The notes beneath the pieces were generated by a model. That model saw only the letters and a list, made by a program, of their open reading frames with translations, searched no databases and had not been told where the DNA came from. From Polyangiaceae bacterium (GTDB lineage: Bacteria > Myxococcota_A > Polyangia > Polyangiales > Polyangiaceae), in assembly GCA_046351455.1 (NCBI GenBank), contig JAXLYM010000003.1:216364-280363 (forward strand): a DNA stretch of 64,000 nt. Direction: 5' to 3'. This document shows positions 1-9,799 of the stretch, one piece after another. Position 1 is the first letter of the stretch; the number at the start of each line of letters is the position of its first letter. The translations under genes and the position numbers were made by a program.

Positions 1-487
1 CGCGACGGCGATCGCGGGCGACGGCGGCGACATGTGCGTGCTCCGAAAGACGAGCGAGGTGACGTGCTTCTCGTCGTACCGCGTGCCCCCGCCGGTGGAT
101 CCGAAGGCGCCCGTCCCGAAGGACAAGAAGGACAAGGACAAGCCGCTCCCGATCGAGCTGCGCCCGGTGAAGGGCCTCGCGGACGTGGCGAGCGTGGTGA
201 TGGGCTCGGGCACGCGGTGCGCGCTGCTCAAGAACGGCACGGTGTCGTGCTGGGGCTCCAACACGTTCGGTCAGCTCGGCACCGGCGATTACGGCTACTC
301 CTGGGAGCCGACCGCCGTGGCGGGCCTCTCGGACGTGGCGTCGGTCGCGGTCGGCGTCGGCCAGGTGTGCGCGATCAAGAAGGGCGGAGACGTCCTCTGC
401 TGGGGCCAGAACACCTCCGACCAGGCAGGCCAGTCGGCCCCGCCGTTCGCGTACTCCCCGATGTCGGTCAACCTCCCGCGCGACTGA
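1..487 (+). CDS. RCC1 (regulator of chromosome condensation)-like repeat protein, 3' fragment; the start lies upstream of the window
   Basis: The translation shows repeated C-W-G-x-N-x-x-G-Q-L-G modules (VSCWGSNTFGQLGTGD, VLCWGQNTSDQAG). These are typical RCC1/beta-propeller blades. The frame is open to position 1. Confidence 0.7.
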   Translation, partial: ATAIAGDGGDMCVLRKTSEVTCFSSYRVPPPVDPKAPVPKDKKDKDKPLPIELRPVKGLADVASVVMGSGTRCALLKNGTVSCWGSNTFGQLGTGDYGYSWEPTAVAGLSDVASVAVGVGQVCAIKKGGDVLCWGQNTSDQAGQSAPPFAYSPMSVNLPRD

Positions 488-520
488 CCACCTTCACAGA
501 ATACTTTCTGTAAACAATCG

Positions 521-3500
521 TCAGCGCACGTCGGGCCGCTCGAAGCCGGGCAGCAGCATCGACGCGAACCTGGAGGGATCGCGGACGCCGCGGTCTGCCA
601 GGAGGTTGTCGATCGTTTGAAGCTTGTCGCGAGCGCTGATGCCGCCTCGGACGAGGGCTTGCGCCCGCTGCGCCGCTAGCGTGTGGCCTGCCATGCCTGC
701 GGCCGTCGCGTGACGTTCGCCCTCTTCGAGGAGGCTCGTCACCGCGGTGCCGCGCTCGCCCTCGCGCACCTTGATCGCGGCGCGCAGGAAGCACGCGAGC
801 GCCGAGGCCCACGTCGCCTTCTCCGCGTCGAGCTTCTTCGCCGCCTTCGCCGCGACGCCGAGCAGCGGGGCCGCGTCCAGCTCGCTCCACGACGCGAGCA
901 CCGCCGATGCGCCGCGCAGGTACTCGCACGTCGTCCGCACCACGTGGATGCGCATGCTCATCGAGTCTTCGAGGCTCTTCCAACCTTCGGAGATGTGCGT
1001 GTACGCGCTCGCGCCGTCGCCGCGGTAGAGGTCGATCTGCACGCGCGCGACGACGTCGTGGAAGTGCTGCAGGTGCGCGCCCGCCCGCGTCCACGGGCCG
1101 ATCGCGGTCGACGCGCGCGCCGCCGCCGTGTCCGGCTCGCCGAGCACCAGCCACGCCGCGTTCGGGAAGCCGGAGCAGAGGTTCGTCGCGAAATAACGAT
1201 CGCCGCGCTCCTCCGCCTCGCGCACGAGCACCGGCGAGCGCTCGCACAAAAGCCTGTATTCACCGGCCCAGAAGAGCGCCCACAGGTGGAACGTCGCCGT
1301 GGAGCCCATCTCCCACGCCGACCCGACGCAGCGGTTCCGGAGCGCGTCCTCGCCCTCGGACAGGAGCGGCAGCGCGTCGCGGAAGCGGCCCAGCATGAAC
1401 GTGGACGCGCCCGAGAGCGCCGTCATCATCGCGAACGCGTGCGGGTGGCGCGAGCGCTCCGCCGCCTTCTGGCCCGCCGCCCGCAGCTCCTCCACGCGCG
1501 CGGTCGCCGAGGGGCCCGCCGTCGCGACGAAGCCCATCTCCAGCGCGAGCGAGCGCGCCACGCGGTACGGATCGCCCGCGGCCAGCGAGAACAGGAGCGA
1601 TCGCACCTGGAAGAAGGCCCCGCGAAGGCTGTCCACCATGCCGAGGCCCTTCGCCGCGGACCAGCACACGTCGACGCGACGCAGCTCCTGCGGCGGCACG
1701 CTCTCGGCCGCGCGCGGCGTGAAGTTGAGGCCGCGCAGACGCAGCTCCGCGCGACGGAAGAGCAGCGCCGCGAGCGTGGACGGCAGCGTCTCGGGGAAGT
1801 CGATGCCGACCGCTTCGAGCACGACGCGCAGGTGCTCCATGCCCTCGTCGATGTAGCCGGAGCGAAGCAGATTCTCGGCCGCGCGGCGGCGCAGCTCCAT
1901 CGACGAGGCCTCGGGGTAGAGCTCCGCCGCGGCGAGGTACGCGCCCGCCGCGTCGTGACCGCGGCCGCCGTTGTTGTGCGCGTCGCCGAGGCGCAAAAGG
2001 AGGCTCGGGCGCTCCGCGGCTCCCTTCGGCAACAGCGCGAGCGCGGTGCGGTAGAGGCGCGCGGCGCGATCGAACGCGAACGCCGCCATCGCCTCGTCGC
2101 CGGCGCGCGCGGCGTAGTCGGCGGCTCGGAGCGCGTCGCCCGCGCCCTGCCAGTGCATCGCGAGCTCCGACAGCTCGCCGCCGCCCATCGTCTCCAGCGC
2201 GAGGGCCAGGCGCGCGTGCCAGTCGCGCAGCTCCGACGGGACGAGCCGCCGCAGCGCCGTCTCGCGGATGCGATCGTGGTACGGCTCCAGCGCGTCCTCG
2301 ACCGTGACGGCGCTCGCGCGGATGAAGTGCTCGGCGAGCAGGCCCGCGATGAGGCGATCGATCTCGTCCGGCTCGGCGGAGAGGGCGTGCTGCGCCACCT
2401 TGCGCGCGACCGGCGTGCCCGCGACGGAGATGGCCGTGAGCAGCATGCGCGCGCGCGGCGGGAGCGCTTCGATCCGCGACCACAGCGCGTCGTCGAGCCG
2501 CACCGGCGCGGCTTGCGCGACCTCCGCGCGGGCGACGCGGTGACGCACGAGCGCGTCGAGGAACAGCGGGTGCCCGCTGCCTTCGGTGAGCAGCGTCTGC
2601 ACGTCGAACCCCGGCGCCGCCTCCACGCCGAACGCCCGCAGGAGCCCCGCCACGAGCTCGCGCGCCTCCTCCGGAGGGAGCCGCGTGAGGTGCAGCGTGC
2701 GCACGAGCCGCGGCGCGAGCTGGAGCGCGAGCTGCGGCGGCGGGCCGACCTCGGAGTCGGTGCGAACCGTCGCGAACAGCAGGATCGAAGGCCGCGTCTC
2801 ACCGCCGCGCGGGGCCGCGTCCGCGCGGAGGATCTCGGACAGGAGCGCGAGGCTGTCCGCGTCGGCCCACTGGAGATCGTCGATCGCGAGCACCACGGGC
2901 TGCTTCCGCGCGAGGTTCACGAAGAGGTCGCGCATCGTCGCGAAGACGCGCGCGCGCAGCTCCGCCGGATCGATCTCGGGCATGCGCGCGGCCGCGCTCG
3001 TCGCGTCGCGGAGGGCCGCGGGCGTGGCCGGAGATCGCGCCCCCGGCGTGAGCCGTTCGCCGCTGTTTCCGGGCGTGATCGCGCGCGGCGCCGCCCCGTC
3101 GTCCAGCAGATCGAGCACGAGCCCGCGGTCCCCGAGCGGCTGCGGCGGCCTCCACGAGATCGGCGCGGGCCCCGCTTTCTTCGCGACCGAGTCCGCGATC
3201 GCGAGCACCGGGAACACCGTCGCCGCGAGGCCGATGTCCGCGGGCAGGAGCGCGTGCGCCTCCTCCGGCGGGAGCTTCGCGAGGTACTGCCCCACGCGAT
3301 CGACGACGCCGTCCACGGCCTTGTACGGCACGCTCTCCCGCTCGTAGCAGCGCGCGCCGAACACGAGCGCCGACGCGGGCAGCCGGCTCAGGAGCTCGCG
3401 CACGAGCGTGGTCTTGCCGACGCCGGACTCGCCCTCGACGATCATCGCGCGCACGTCGCCGCGGACCGCGTCGTCGAACGCCCTCGAAAGCTCGGCGATC

Positions 3501-4651
3501 TCGCGCGTGCGTCCCACGAACAGGGAAGCGTGCGCGGGGTGCTTCCCCGGCCCGGTCGGATCCTCGCCGACCGCCTCGAGCACGTCGTCGAGGCCCGCGC
3601 GCTCGCCGGGATCGATGCGCAGCAGCGCCATCGTCAGCGCGTCGAGATCGGCGGGAATTCCAGGCACCACCGCGCTCGGAGGGAGCGGCGTCGTGGTCTG
3701 CTTCACGCTCGCGACGGCGTCGGACGCGACGTCGAACGGCAGCACGCCGGTCATCGCGAGGTAGAGCATCACGCCGACGGCGTACCAATCCGCGGCGGGT
3801 CCGACCGACTTGCCCGCGGCCTGTTCGGGCGCCATGAAGTGCGCCGTGCCGACGACCTGCGGTTCCTCGTCGGCCCACGTCTCCGTGACGAGGCCGAAAT
3901 CGAGGATGACGAGGCGCCCCTCCTTCGTGACGAGTACGTTCGACGGCTTGATATCTCGGTGGACGCGGCCGGACGCGTGCAGCGCGCCGAGCCCGTGCGC
4001 GAGCTGCGCCAGCGATTCGCGGAGCCGCGCTTCGTCGAAGATGCCGGGCAGCGCCGTGGGGGGTGAAGAATCCGACGTGCCTCGGACCGCAGGACGCACG
4101 ACCGTGTCTTGTTCGGCGCGCCGCGGTGTGCCTTGCTCGGAAGGCTCCGGGGCGGGCTCGCTGCCGCGCACGTGATCGACGAACGGCACGCCGGCGACGA
4201 GCTCCATCGTGAAGAAGAGCTGCCCGTTTTCTTCGAGCAGCTCCCCAAGACGCACGAGGTTCGGGTGAGCGAGATCGACCAGCGAACGGAACTCGTTCTT
4301 GAAGCGGAGGCGCCCGGCGGCGTCCAGGCTGCGCAGCGTCTTCAGCGCGACGCGCTGGCGGCGCTCGCGATCGAAGGCCTCGTACACGACGCCCATCCCG
4401 CCCCAGCCGAGGAGGCGACGGATCTCGAACCGGCTCGGCGAGAGGTCGGGGTCGATGCGCGAAGGGAAACGCACGGCGAACGGTACGGCGGTGAAGAGCG
4501 GAGCTTGGGCTCGGTCGCGGCGCGCGACGGAGCGGCGAAGGCTCGCACGGGGCGGGGGCAAAAGTCGACCGCCGGCGGCCTGTGGGGACGAGGAGCTGTC
4601 GCGGCGTTGCTTCCGGCGCGGCGCTCGCGGTACAGCGGCAGCATGATGCAA
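521..4651 (-). CDS. Ser/Thr protein kinase fused to a STAND-type AAA ATPase and a TPR-like C-terminal region (STK-AAA-TPR). The true start is probably internal, near 4480-4600; the listed first codon is a non-ATG start
   Basis: It has a G-loop GWGGMGVVYEAFD, a VAIK-like ALK motif, the catalytic loop HRDIKPSNVLV and DFG. After the kinase comes a Walker A motif GESGVGKTTL, then a long helical repeat region (about 1350 aa in total). Confidence 0.9.
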   Translation of the reverse strand: MHHAAAVPRAPRRKQRRDSSSSPQAAGGRLLPPPRASLRRSVARRDRAQAPLFTAVPFAVRFPSRIDPDLSPSRFEIRRLLGWGGMGVVYEAFDRERRQRVALKTLRSLDAAGRLRFKNEFRSLVDLAHPNLVRLGELLEENGQLFFTMELVAGVPFVDHVRGSEPAPEPSEQGTPRRAEQDTVVRPAVRGTSDSSPPTALPGIFDEARLRESLAQLAHGLGALHASGRVHRDIKPSNVLVTKEGRLVILDFGLVTETWADEEPQVVGTAHFMAPEQAAGKSVGPAADWYAVGVMLYLAMTGVLPFDVASDAVASVKQTTTPLPPSAVVPGIPADLDALTMALLRIDPGERAGLDDVLEAVGEDPTGPGKHPAHASLFVGRTREIAELSRAFDDAVRGDVRAMIVEGESGVGKTTLVRELLSRLPASALVFGARCYERESVPYKAVDGVVDRVGQYLAKLPPEEAHALLPADIGLAATVFPVLAIADSVAKKAGPAPISWRPPQPLGDRGLVLDLLDDGAAPRAITPGNSGERLTPGARSPATPAALRDATSAAARMPEIDPAELRARVFATMRDLFVNLARKQPVVLAIDDLQWADADSLALLSEILRADAAPRGGETRPSILLFATVRTDSEVGPPPQLALQLAPRLVRTLHLTRLPPEEARELVAGLLRAFGVEAAPGFDVQTLLTEGSGHPLFLDALVRHRVARAEVAQAAPVRLDDALWSRIEALPPRARMLLTAISVAGTPVARKVAQHALSAEPDEIDRLIAGLLAEHFIRASAVTVEDALEPYHDRIRETALRRLVPSELRDWHARLALALETMGGGELSELAMHWQGAGDALRAADYAARAGDEAMAAFAFDRAARLYRTALALLPKGAAERPSLLLRLGDAHNNGGRGHDAAGAYLAAAELYPEASSMELRRRAAENLLRSGYIDEGMEHLRVVLEAVGIDFPETLPSTLAALLFRRAELRLRGLNFTPRAAESVPPQELRRVDVCWSAAKGLGMVDSLRGAFFQVRSLLFSLAAGDPYRVARSLALEMGFVATAGPSATARVEELRAAGQKAAERSRHPHAFAMMTALSGASTFMLGRFRDALPLLSEGEDALRNRCVGSAWEMGSTATFHLWALFWAGEYRLLCERSPVLVREAEERGDRYFATNLCSGFPNAAWLVLGEPDTAAARASTAIGPWTRAGAHLQHFHDVVARVQIDLYRGDGASAYTHISEGWKSLEDSMSMRIHVVRTTCEYLRGASAVLASWSELDAAPLLGVAAKAAKKLDAEKATWASALACFLRAAIKVREGERGTAVTSLLEEGERHATAAGMAGHTLAAQRAQALVRGGISARDKLQTIDNLLADRGVRDPSRFASMLLPGFERPDVR

Positions 4652-5668
4652 TCGCGGCTTCGCTCAAGTCTTTCCTTGACGGCTCTGCTCTTCGCGGGCC
4701 TCGCGTCGCTCACCGGCTGCGGCGGCGGCGAAACGAGCTCCGGCTCTGGCACGGCGACGTTCGGCAAGGGCGTCTTCGAAGCCGACAACCCATGGACGAA
4801 GGACGTGAGCGGCCTCTCGAAGAGCGCCGACTCCGACAAGATCACGTCGTGGCTCGACGCGAACGGCGGCTGGGGCACGGGCGAGCTCCGCATCGATTTC
4901 AGCTTCCAGGTGCTGGGCGCCGACGGATCGACCCCCGTGAAGGACTTCACGACGACCGACGATTTCTACGAGCCCGACTGCGATCACGTCCCCTTCCCCG
5001 TGCCCGAGGGCGGCGCGCTCGAAGGCGAGGACGGCTACGAGTGCACGCAGGACGGCGACTGCCATTTGATCGTGGTGCAGAGCGCGGAGAAGAAGCTCTA
5101 CGAGATGTGGCGCGCGAACATCACGGGCGGCACGTTCTACGGCGGCTGCGCGGCGGTGTGGGATCTCACGAAGGCCTATCCGGACAGCCTGCGCGGCGAC
5201 GACTGCACCTCGGCGGACGCGGGCGGCTTCCCGATCGCGGCGATGCTCTTCTCGCCGGACGAGGTGGCGGCGGGCTCGATCGATCACGCGATCCGCTTCA
5301 TTCTCCCGAACGAGCGCATCCGTTCGAAGGTCTACGTGCACCCCGGCACGCACAGCACGTTCGCGACCTCCGGAGGAGCGGACGCCCCGCCGTACGGCGT
5401 GCGGTTGCGATTGCGCAGCGATTTCCCGCTCGAAACGCTCCCGAGCGACGGCGCCCGCGTGATCGCGAAGGCCCTGCAGAAGTACGGCATGCTCCTGGCG
5501 GACGGCGGCAACATCGCGCTCACGGGCACGAGCGACCGCTTCACGGAGCACAAGTGGGACGAGGTCGGCGTCGACTCCTTCGCGCTCACCGCGATCAAGC
5601 CCACCGACATGGAGGTCACCGACATGGGCGACCCGATCGAATTCACCGGCGATTGTAAGCGAAATTAG
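4643..5668 (+). CDS. secreted lipoprotein, hypothetical
   Basis: It starts MMQSRLRSSLSLTALLFAGLASLTGCGG, which is a signal peptide ending in an LTGC lipobox. I recognise no catalytic motif. The listed ORF 4109..5668 starts earlier, but that 5' part overlaps the kinase gene. Confidence 0.6.
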   Translation: MMQSRLRSSLSLTALLFAGLASLTGCGGGETSSGSGTATFGKGVFEADNPWTKDVSGLSKSADSDKITSWLDANGGWGTGELRIDFSFQVLGADGSTPVKDFTTTDDFYEPDCDHVPFPVPEGGALEGEDGYECTQDGDCHLIVVQSAEKKLYEMWRANITGGTFYGGCAAVWDLTKAYPDSLRGDDCTSADAGGFPIAAMLFSPDEVAAGSIDHAIRFILPNERIRSKVYVHPGTHSTFATSGGADAPPYGVRLRLRSDFPLETLPSDGARVIAKALQKYGMLLADGGNIALTGTSDRFTEHKWDEVGVDSFALTAIKPTDMEVTDMGDPIEFTGDCKRN

Positions 5669-5681
5669 CCGTACCCCGGGG

Positions 5682-5719
5682 TTTACAAGGGGGCTCCGCC
5701 CCCTCGTATCACTCCCCCG
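5682..5719 (+). repeat. copy 1 of a GC-hairpin repeat family (TTTACAAGGGGGC, loop, GCCCCCTCGTATCACTCCCCCG), 14 nt after the lipoprotein stop
   Basis: The sequence tttacaagggggctccgccccctcgtatcactcccccg has an 11-bp imperfect stem TAC(A/G)AGGGGGC/GCCCCCTCGTA. It is shared with the copies at 11439, 37859, 48524 and 61365 (the last is a reverse complement). Confidence 0.8.
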
Positions 5720-5737
5720 CTCCGCCAGCCTCTCTCG

Positions 5738-6841
5738 CTAGCTCTTGCTCATCAGCCGCTCGCGCAGGCGCAGGAACGGCTTCTCCACCACGTAGTACGA
5801 CGCGAGCGCGCACACGAACGAGAGCGCCAGGTTCTGCGGGAAGCGCGTGTACCAGGGGGCGTTCGGCGTCGCGGCTTGCAGGAAGGGCTGCTGCCACAAG
5901 TAGAGCGAGTAGCTCGTCGTGCCGATGAACATGAGCGGGCGCGAATTCAGGATGCGCCCCATGCGGCCGCCGGGGTAGCGCACGTAGCGGTAGATGATCA
6001 CGGCGACGCACGCGTTGAGGATCGTGTCGCCGAGCAGCCAGCCGAACCACGCGTGGTGCTCGAGACCCCACAGCGCCGCGTACGCCAGCGCGAACGCGCC
6101 CCACGACACGAGCGGCGATCCGAGCGCGCGCACCAGCCTCGGACGCGCGTCGATCCACGAGCGGCCGAGCGCCAGCGCGCAGCCCATCGCGAGCGCGTCC
6201 ATCACCGTCGGGAACGCCTCGTCGATCATGAAGCGCTGCTGCTTCGTGGTCCATTCGAGCGCCCAACCGACGCGGAACAACGGCGCGAGCACCACCGCCG
6301 CCGCGACCACCCAGATGCCCCGCTTGACGCCCGCCCAACGGAACGCGAGCGGCCACAGCAAATAGAACTGCTCCTCCACCGACAGCGACCACGCGTGGCC
6401 CACCCACCACGATCGATCGAGCCGGTAGTTGATCGCGTACGTCACCGCGAGGATCGCATCGATCCCCGACACGTGCGCGACGCCGAGCAGCGTGAGCACG
6501 CCGACCACCGCGAGGTAGAAATAGAACGGCGGGAAGATGCGGAAGAGCCGCTTCAGGTAGAACGAGCCGAGCGCGATGCTCCCCGTCTTGCGGATCTCCG
6601 ACAGGAGCAGCGACGTGATCAAGAACCCCGAGATCACGAAGAAGACGCGCACGCCGAAGCGCGCCACGTCGCCGATGCGGAGGAGCTTGTGGTACCGCTC
6701 CGTCTCCGGAAAACCCGCGGTCGCGCGCGCGTGTCCGTACAGGACGACCAGGATCGAGAGCGCGCGCAGACCATCGAGGGAGTGGATCCTCGAAGGGGCC
6801 GCCTCTGGTGCGGTCACGGACACAGCCGCTTGCGTTACCAC
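5738..6841 (-). CDS. acyltransferase family 3 (AT3, OafA/OatA-like membrane O-acyltransferase)
   Basis: The N-terminus has LDGLRALSILVVLYGH with a conserved His. There are ~10 predicted TM helices, and the motif FFVISGFLIT is characteristic of AT3. Confidence 0.85.
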   Translation of the reverse strand: MVTQAAVSVTAPEAAPSRIHSLDGLRALSILVVLYGHARATAGFPETERYHKLLRIGDVARFGVRVFFVISGFLITSLLLSEIRKTGSIALGSFYLKRLFRIFPPFYFYLAVVGVLTLLGVAHVSGIDAILAVTYAINYRLDRSWWVGHAWSLSVEEQFYLLWPLAFRWAGVKRGIWVVAAAVVLAPLFRVGWALEWTTKQQRFMIDEAFPTVMDALAMGCALALGRSWIDARPRLVRALGSPLVSWGAFALAYAALWGLEHHAWFGWLLGDTILNACVAVIIYRYVRYPGGRMGRILNSRPLMFIGTTSYSLYLWQQPFLQAATPNAPWYTRFPQNLALSFVCALASYYVVEKPFLRLRERLMSKS

Positions 6842-6858
6842 GTGCGCGCGCCGCGTTC

Positions 6859-7647
6859 ATGGAGCATTTGCGTAGCGATCTCGGCATGCCCCCCTCCACG
6901 AACGATTCGACCTCCGCCGCACCCGAGCGATCTGCGGCCTCGCGCGACGCCTGGCGCGGCCGGCTGCTCCGCGGATCCCTCCTCGTGAATACGGTCTTCG
7001 CGGTGGTCGCGCTGGGCGTCGGGGCGCGACGGCTGTGGAACGCGCGCAAACCATCGAGCGGCGACGTGTATGCGGAGGAGCGACGGAGCCTGCACGACGC
7101 GCTGCCCGCGCGGCCCGGCGCGATCGTCTTCCTCGGCGACAGCCTCACGGATCGCGGCGCGTGGAGCGAGATCTTCGGCGACGCGCGCATCGCGAACCGA
7201 GGCATCGCGGGCGACACGACGACCGGCATCCTCGCGCGGACCCCGCAGATCGCAGCGCAACGGCCGGCGAAGGTGCTCCTGTGCGCGGGCGTGAACGACC
7301 TCGGCGCGGGCGATCCGAACGACGCGATCGCCGCGCGGTATGGGGCGATCCTGGACACGTTCCGGAAGGCCTCTCCGGAGACGGCGCTCGTGTGCGAGAG
7401 CGTGCTGCCCGTGCGGCCGCCCCTCGCGCCCGCGGGCATGACGAACGACCGCATCCGCGCGCTCAACGAGGCGCTGCGGCGCGTCGCGGCGGATCGAGCG
7501 TGCACCTTCGTGGATCTGTGGCCGGCGCTCGCCGACGCGGACGGGGCGCTGCCGGCAACCTTCACGCTCGACGGCGTGCACCTCACGGGCGCAGGCTACG
7601 TAGCCTGGGCGCGCGCGATCGAGCCCTTCGTCCGAACGGCACGTTGA
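6859..7647 (+). CDS. SGNH/GDSL hydrolase with an N-terminal membrane anchor
   Basis: It carries the block-I motif IVFLGDSLTDRG (GDSL) and GVNDLG (block III), plus a C-terminal DGVHLT (the DxxH catalytic pair). The TM segment is LLVNTVFAVVALGV. The start could be MEHL at 6859 or MPPS at 6886. Confidence 0.8.
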   Translation: MEHLRSDLGMPPSTNDSTSAAPERSAASRDAWRGRLLRGSLLVNTVFAVVALGVGARRLWNARKPSSGDVYAEERRSLHDALPARPGAIVFLGDSLTDRGAWSEIFGDARIANRGIAGDTTTGILARTPQIAAQRPAKVLLCAGVNDLGAGDPNDAIAARYGAILDTFRKASPETALVCESVLPVRPPLAPAGMTNDRIRALNEALRRVAADRACTFVDLWPALADADGALPATFTLDGVHLTGAGYVAWARAIEPFVRTAR

Positions 7648-7737
7648 CCCCTCGCGGCCCGAACGGCTAAAAACAGGCCCTCTCTTCGCGTAAAGTGCGC
7701 CTGTCTCGTAACCCTGTCTCTCTCTTTCGGAGCACCG

Positions 7738-9798
7738 ATGCGCTGGTTCGTCGAGATTTCGCCCCTCGGAGCGAGTGAGGGCCAGAAGCAGAAGTGGTGC
7801 CTCGAAGCGGCCGGCTGGCAGCCCGCGCTCAAGGACGCGCGCGCGATCCGCGGCGAAGAAGGGCCGCTCGGCGGCTTCTCGATCGAGCTGCTCGACGACG
7901 GCGCGCGCGCGGTCGATCCGGTCACGCGCATCCGGTACGTGATCCGCAACGCGCCCGACGACGCGGCGCTCACGCATACGAAAGATGCTTCCGGGAAGCA
8001 CGCGCCGGTCAAATCGGATCTCGCGAAGGTCGAGCCGACGAAGACCGATCTCGCGAAGAGCGAGCCCGCGCAGACGGATCTCGCGAAGGTGACGCCGGCC
8101 CCGAAGGATCTCGCGAAGGTCGAGCCCACGAAGACGGATCTCGCGAAGAGCGAGCCCGCGAAGACGGATCTCGCGAAGGTCGAACCGACCAAGAGCGATC
8201 TCGTGAAGGTGGCCGCGCCCGAGGAGCCCGCGGGCGAGGACGTCGACATCCCCGTGGACGACGACGTGTCGGCGGCGCACCCGCTGCCCGACTACGAGAT
8301 CTTGCAGGAGCGCGAAGAGAACCCGAACGAGCGCACGCCGCTCACGTACCGCGAGTACGTGTACGCCGTCGCGGAGGGCACGCCGGATCGCGAGATCGAG
8401 CGGCTGATCCACGCGCGGTTCGCGATCGTGAAAGAGGCGCTCCGCGACGTGACGAACGGGCGCTTCGTGAACCTCGCGGTCTTCGATCACGTGTTCAGCG
8501 GCAAGCCGCAGCGGAGGCCGCGCGCGACGCTCACGTGGAAAGACTGGCGCGGCGAGCCCGAGATCCGCTTCCCCGCGGGCGATCGTTCGACCTTGGATCC
8601 AGCCTCTTTCGCGGCCCCGACGAGCTTCTCGAAGGCGGTGCCGCCGCCCTCCACCGCGGCCAACGCGCCGATGTCCGCCGTGCCCTCGACGGCGATGGCG
8701 CCGGAGCCGATGTCGTCCGTGCCTTCGACGGCCGTGGCCCCGACGGAGCCCGCGCTGCGTCCGATCGCCTCGCAGCCGCCGCCCGCATCGGAGCCGCCCG
8801 CGAGCGCGCCGAAGGCCGAGCGGATGCCCGAGGGCCCCGAGGCGCAGCGCACGCCGGAGCCGCCCGTGCTCATGACGGTGCCTCCGGTCGCCGAGCGCGC
8901 GCCCGCGATCGCGGCCGTTCCGAGCGGCCCCGTCACGGAGGTCGAGTCGACGGCGCCCGCTCCGCGCATGTCCGCGGCGCCCGCGACCGTGCCCGTGGCC
9001 TCGGGCGCGCCGGTGATGTCCGCGGCGCCCGTCGTGTCCGCGGCGCCGATGACGCCGGCCGCGACGACCGAGCCCTCGCCCACCGCCGAGCCGCGCGCGC
9101 TCAAGATCGAAGCGCCCGTGCAGGTGAAGATCGAGACCGCGCAGGCGTGGTCCCCGGTGAGCGCCGCGCCGAAGACGATGCCCGCCGCCGCGCCCGTCCC
9201 CGTGAAGCGCGAGGCCTACATCCCGCCGGTGAAGACGGCCGCGCAGGCCGGCAAGCGCAAGGCCGGCGACGATCTGATCAGCGAGCTGTTCGAGGCGTGC
9301 GGCGATCTCCATTTCCTCCGCGACAGCCTCGAAGGCGCGGATTTCGTCCTGTCGCTCGCGCTGGAGAAGCTGCCGAGCGAGATCGGCCTCGTCTCGCTCT
9401 TCGACATCAACCGCCGCGAATTCGTGGTCATTCGCCAGGCCGGCGGGCCGAAGAGCGTCGTGCTCGCGCGCCTCCCGGAGCGCGCCGGCCTCGCGCAGGC
9501 GGCGATGCGCAAGACGTCGGCGATCGTCGTGCCGGACGCCTCGAAGGAGCCGCGCGCGGTGGACGATCGGTTCCGCGCGCTCGGCGTGCAGCTCCGCAGC
9601 TTGATGGTGGCGCCGGTCGAGGTGTCGGGCCGCTACCTCGGCCTGATCGAGCTCGTGAACCCCGTCGACGGAAAGCCCTTCACCGAAGGCGACGGCCACG
9701 CCCTCACGTATATCGGAGAGCAATACGCCGAGTTCGTCGCGGAGCGCGGCGTCGTCCTCGATCCCGAGTCGGTGATCGAGCGGCACCAGAAGCGCTGA
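7738..9798 (+). CDS. GAF-domain protein with an octapeptide tandem-repeat region and a Pro/Ala-rich linker
   Basis: The C-terminal ~170 aa look like a GAF fold (LVSLFDINRREFVVIRQAGG...LIELVNPVDGKPFTEGDGHAL). The middle has 8 copies of (T/S)DLAK(V/S)EPxK. Its stop lies 1 nt before the histidine kinase start. Confidence 0.7.
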   Translation: MRWFVEISPLGASEGQKQKWCLEAAGWQPALKDARAIRGEEGPLGGFSIELLDDGARAVDPVTRIRYVIRNAPDDAALTHTKDASGKHAPVKSDLAKVEPTKTDLAKSEPAQTDLAKVTPAPKDLAKVEPTKTDLAKSEPAKTDLAKVEPTKSDLVKVAAPEEPAGEDVDIPVDDDVSAAHPLPDYEILQEREENPNERTPLTYREYVYAVAEGTPDREIERLIHARFAIVKEALRDVTNGRFVNLAVFDHVFSGKPQRRPRATLTWKDWRGEPEIRFPAGDRSTLDPASFAAPTSFSKAVPPPSTAANAPMSAVPSTAMAPEPMSSVPSTAVAPTEPALRPIASQPPPASEPPASAPKAERMPEGPEAQRTPEPPVLMTVPPVAERAPAIAAVPSGPVTEVESTAPAPRMSAAPATVPVASGAPVMSAAPVVSAAPMTPAATTEPSPTAEPRALKIEAPVQVKIETAQAWSPVSAAPKTMPAAAPVPVKREAYIPPVKTAAQAGKRKAGDDLISELFEACGDLHFLRDSLEGADFVLSLALEKLPSEIGLVSLFDINRREFVVIRQAGGPKSVVLARLPERAGLAQAAMRKTSAIVVPDASKEPRAVDDRFRALGVQLRSLMVAPVEVSGRYLGLIELVNPVDGKPFTEGDGHALTYIGEQYAEFVAERGVVLDPESVIERHQKR
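8013..8208 (+). repeat. 8 tandem copies of a 24-nt coding repeat (gatctcgcgaag gtc gag ccg acg aag acc), inside the GAF protein gene
   Basis: The 24-nt period is visible directly in the sequence. It translates to the DLAKVEPTKT/DLAKSEPAQT repeats. Confidence 0.85.
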
Positions 9799-9799
9799 C

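Noticed and set aside
683-4066. 1127-aa ORF on the plus strand
   Set aside because: It lies entirely antisense to the Ser/Thr kinase gene. It is Arg/Ala-rich with no domains. This is the typical GC-skew artefact of a 70% GC genome.
8013-8208. Possible CRISPR or minisatellite
   Set aside because: It is a 24-nt in-frame coding repeat inside the GAF protein gene.
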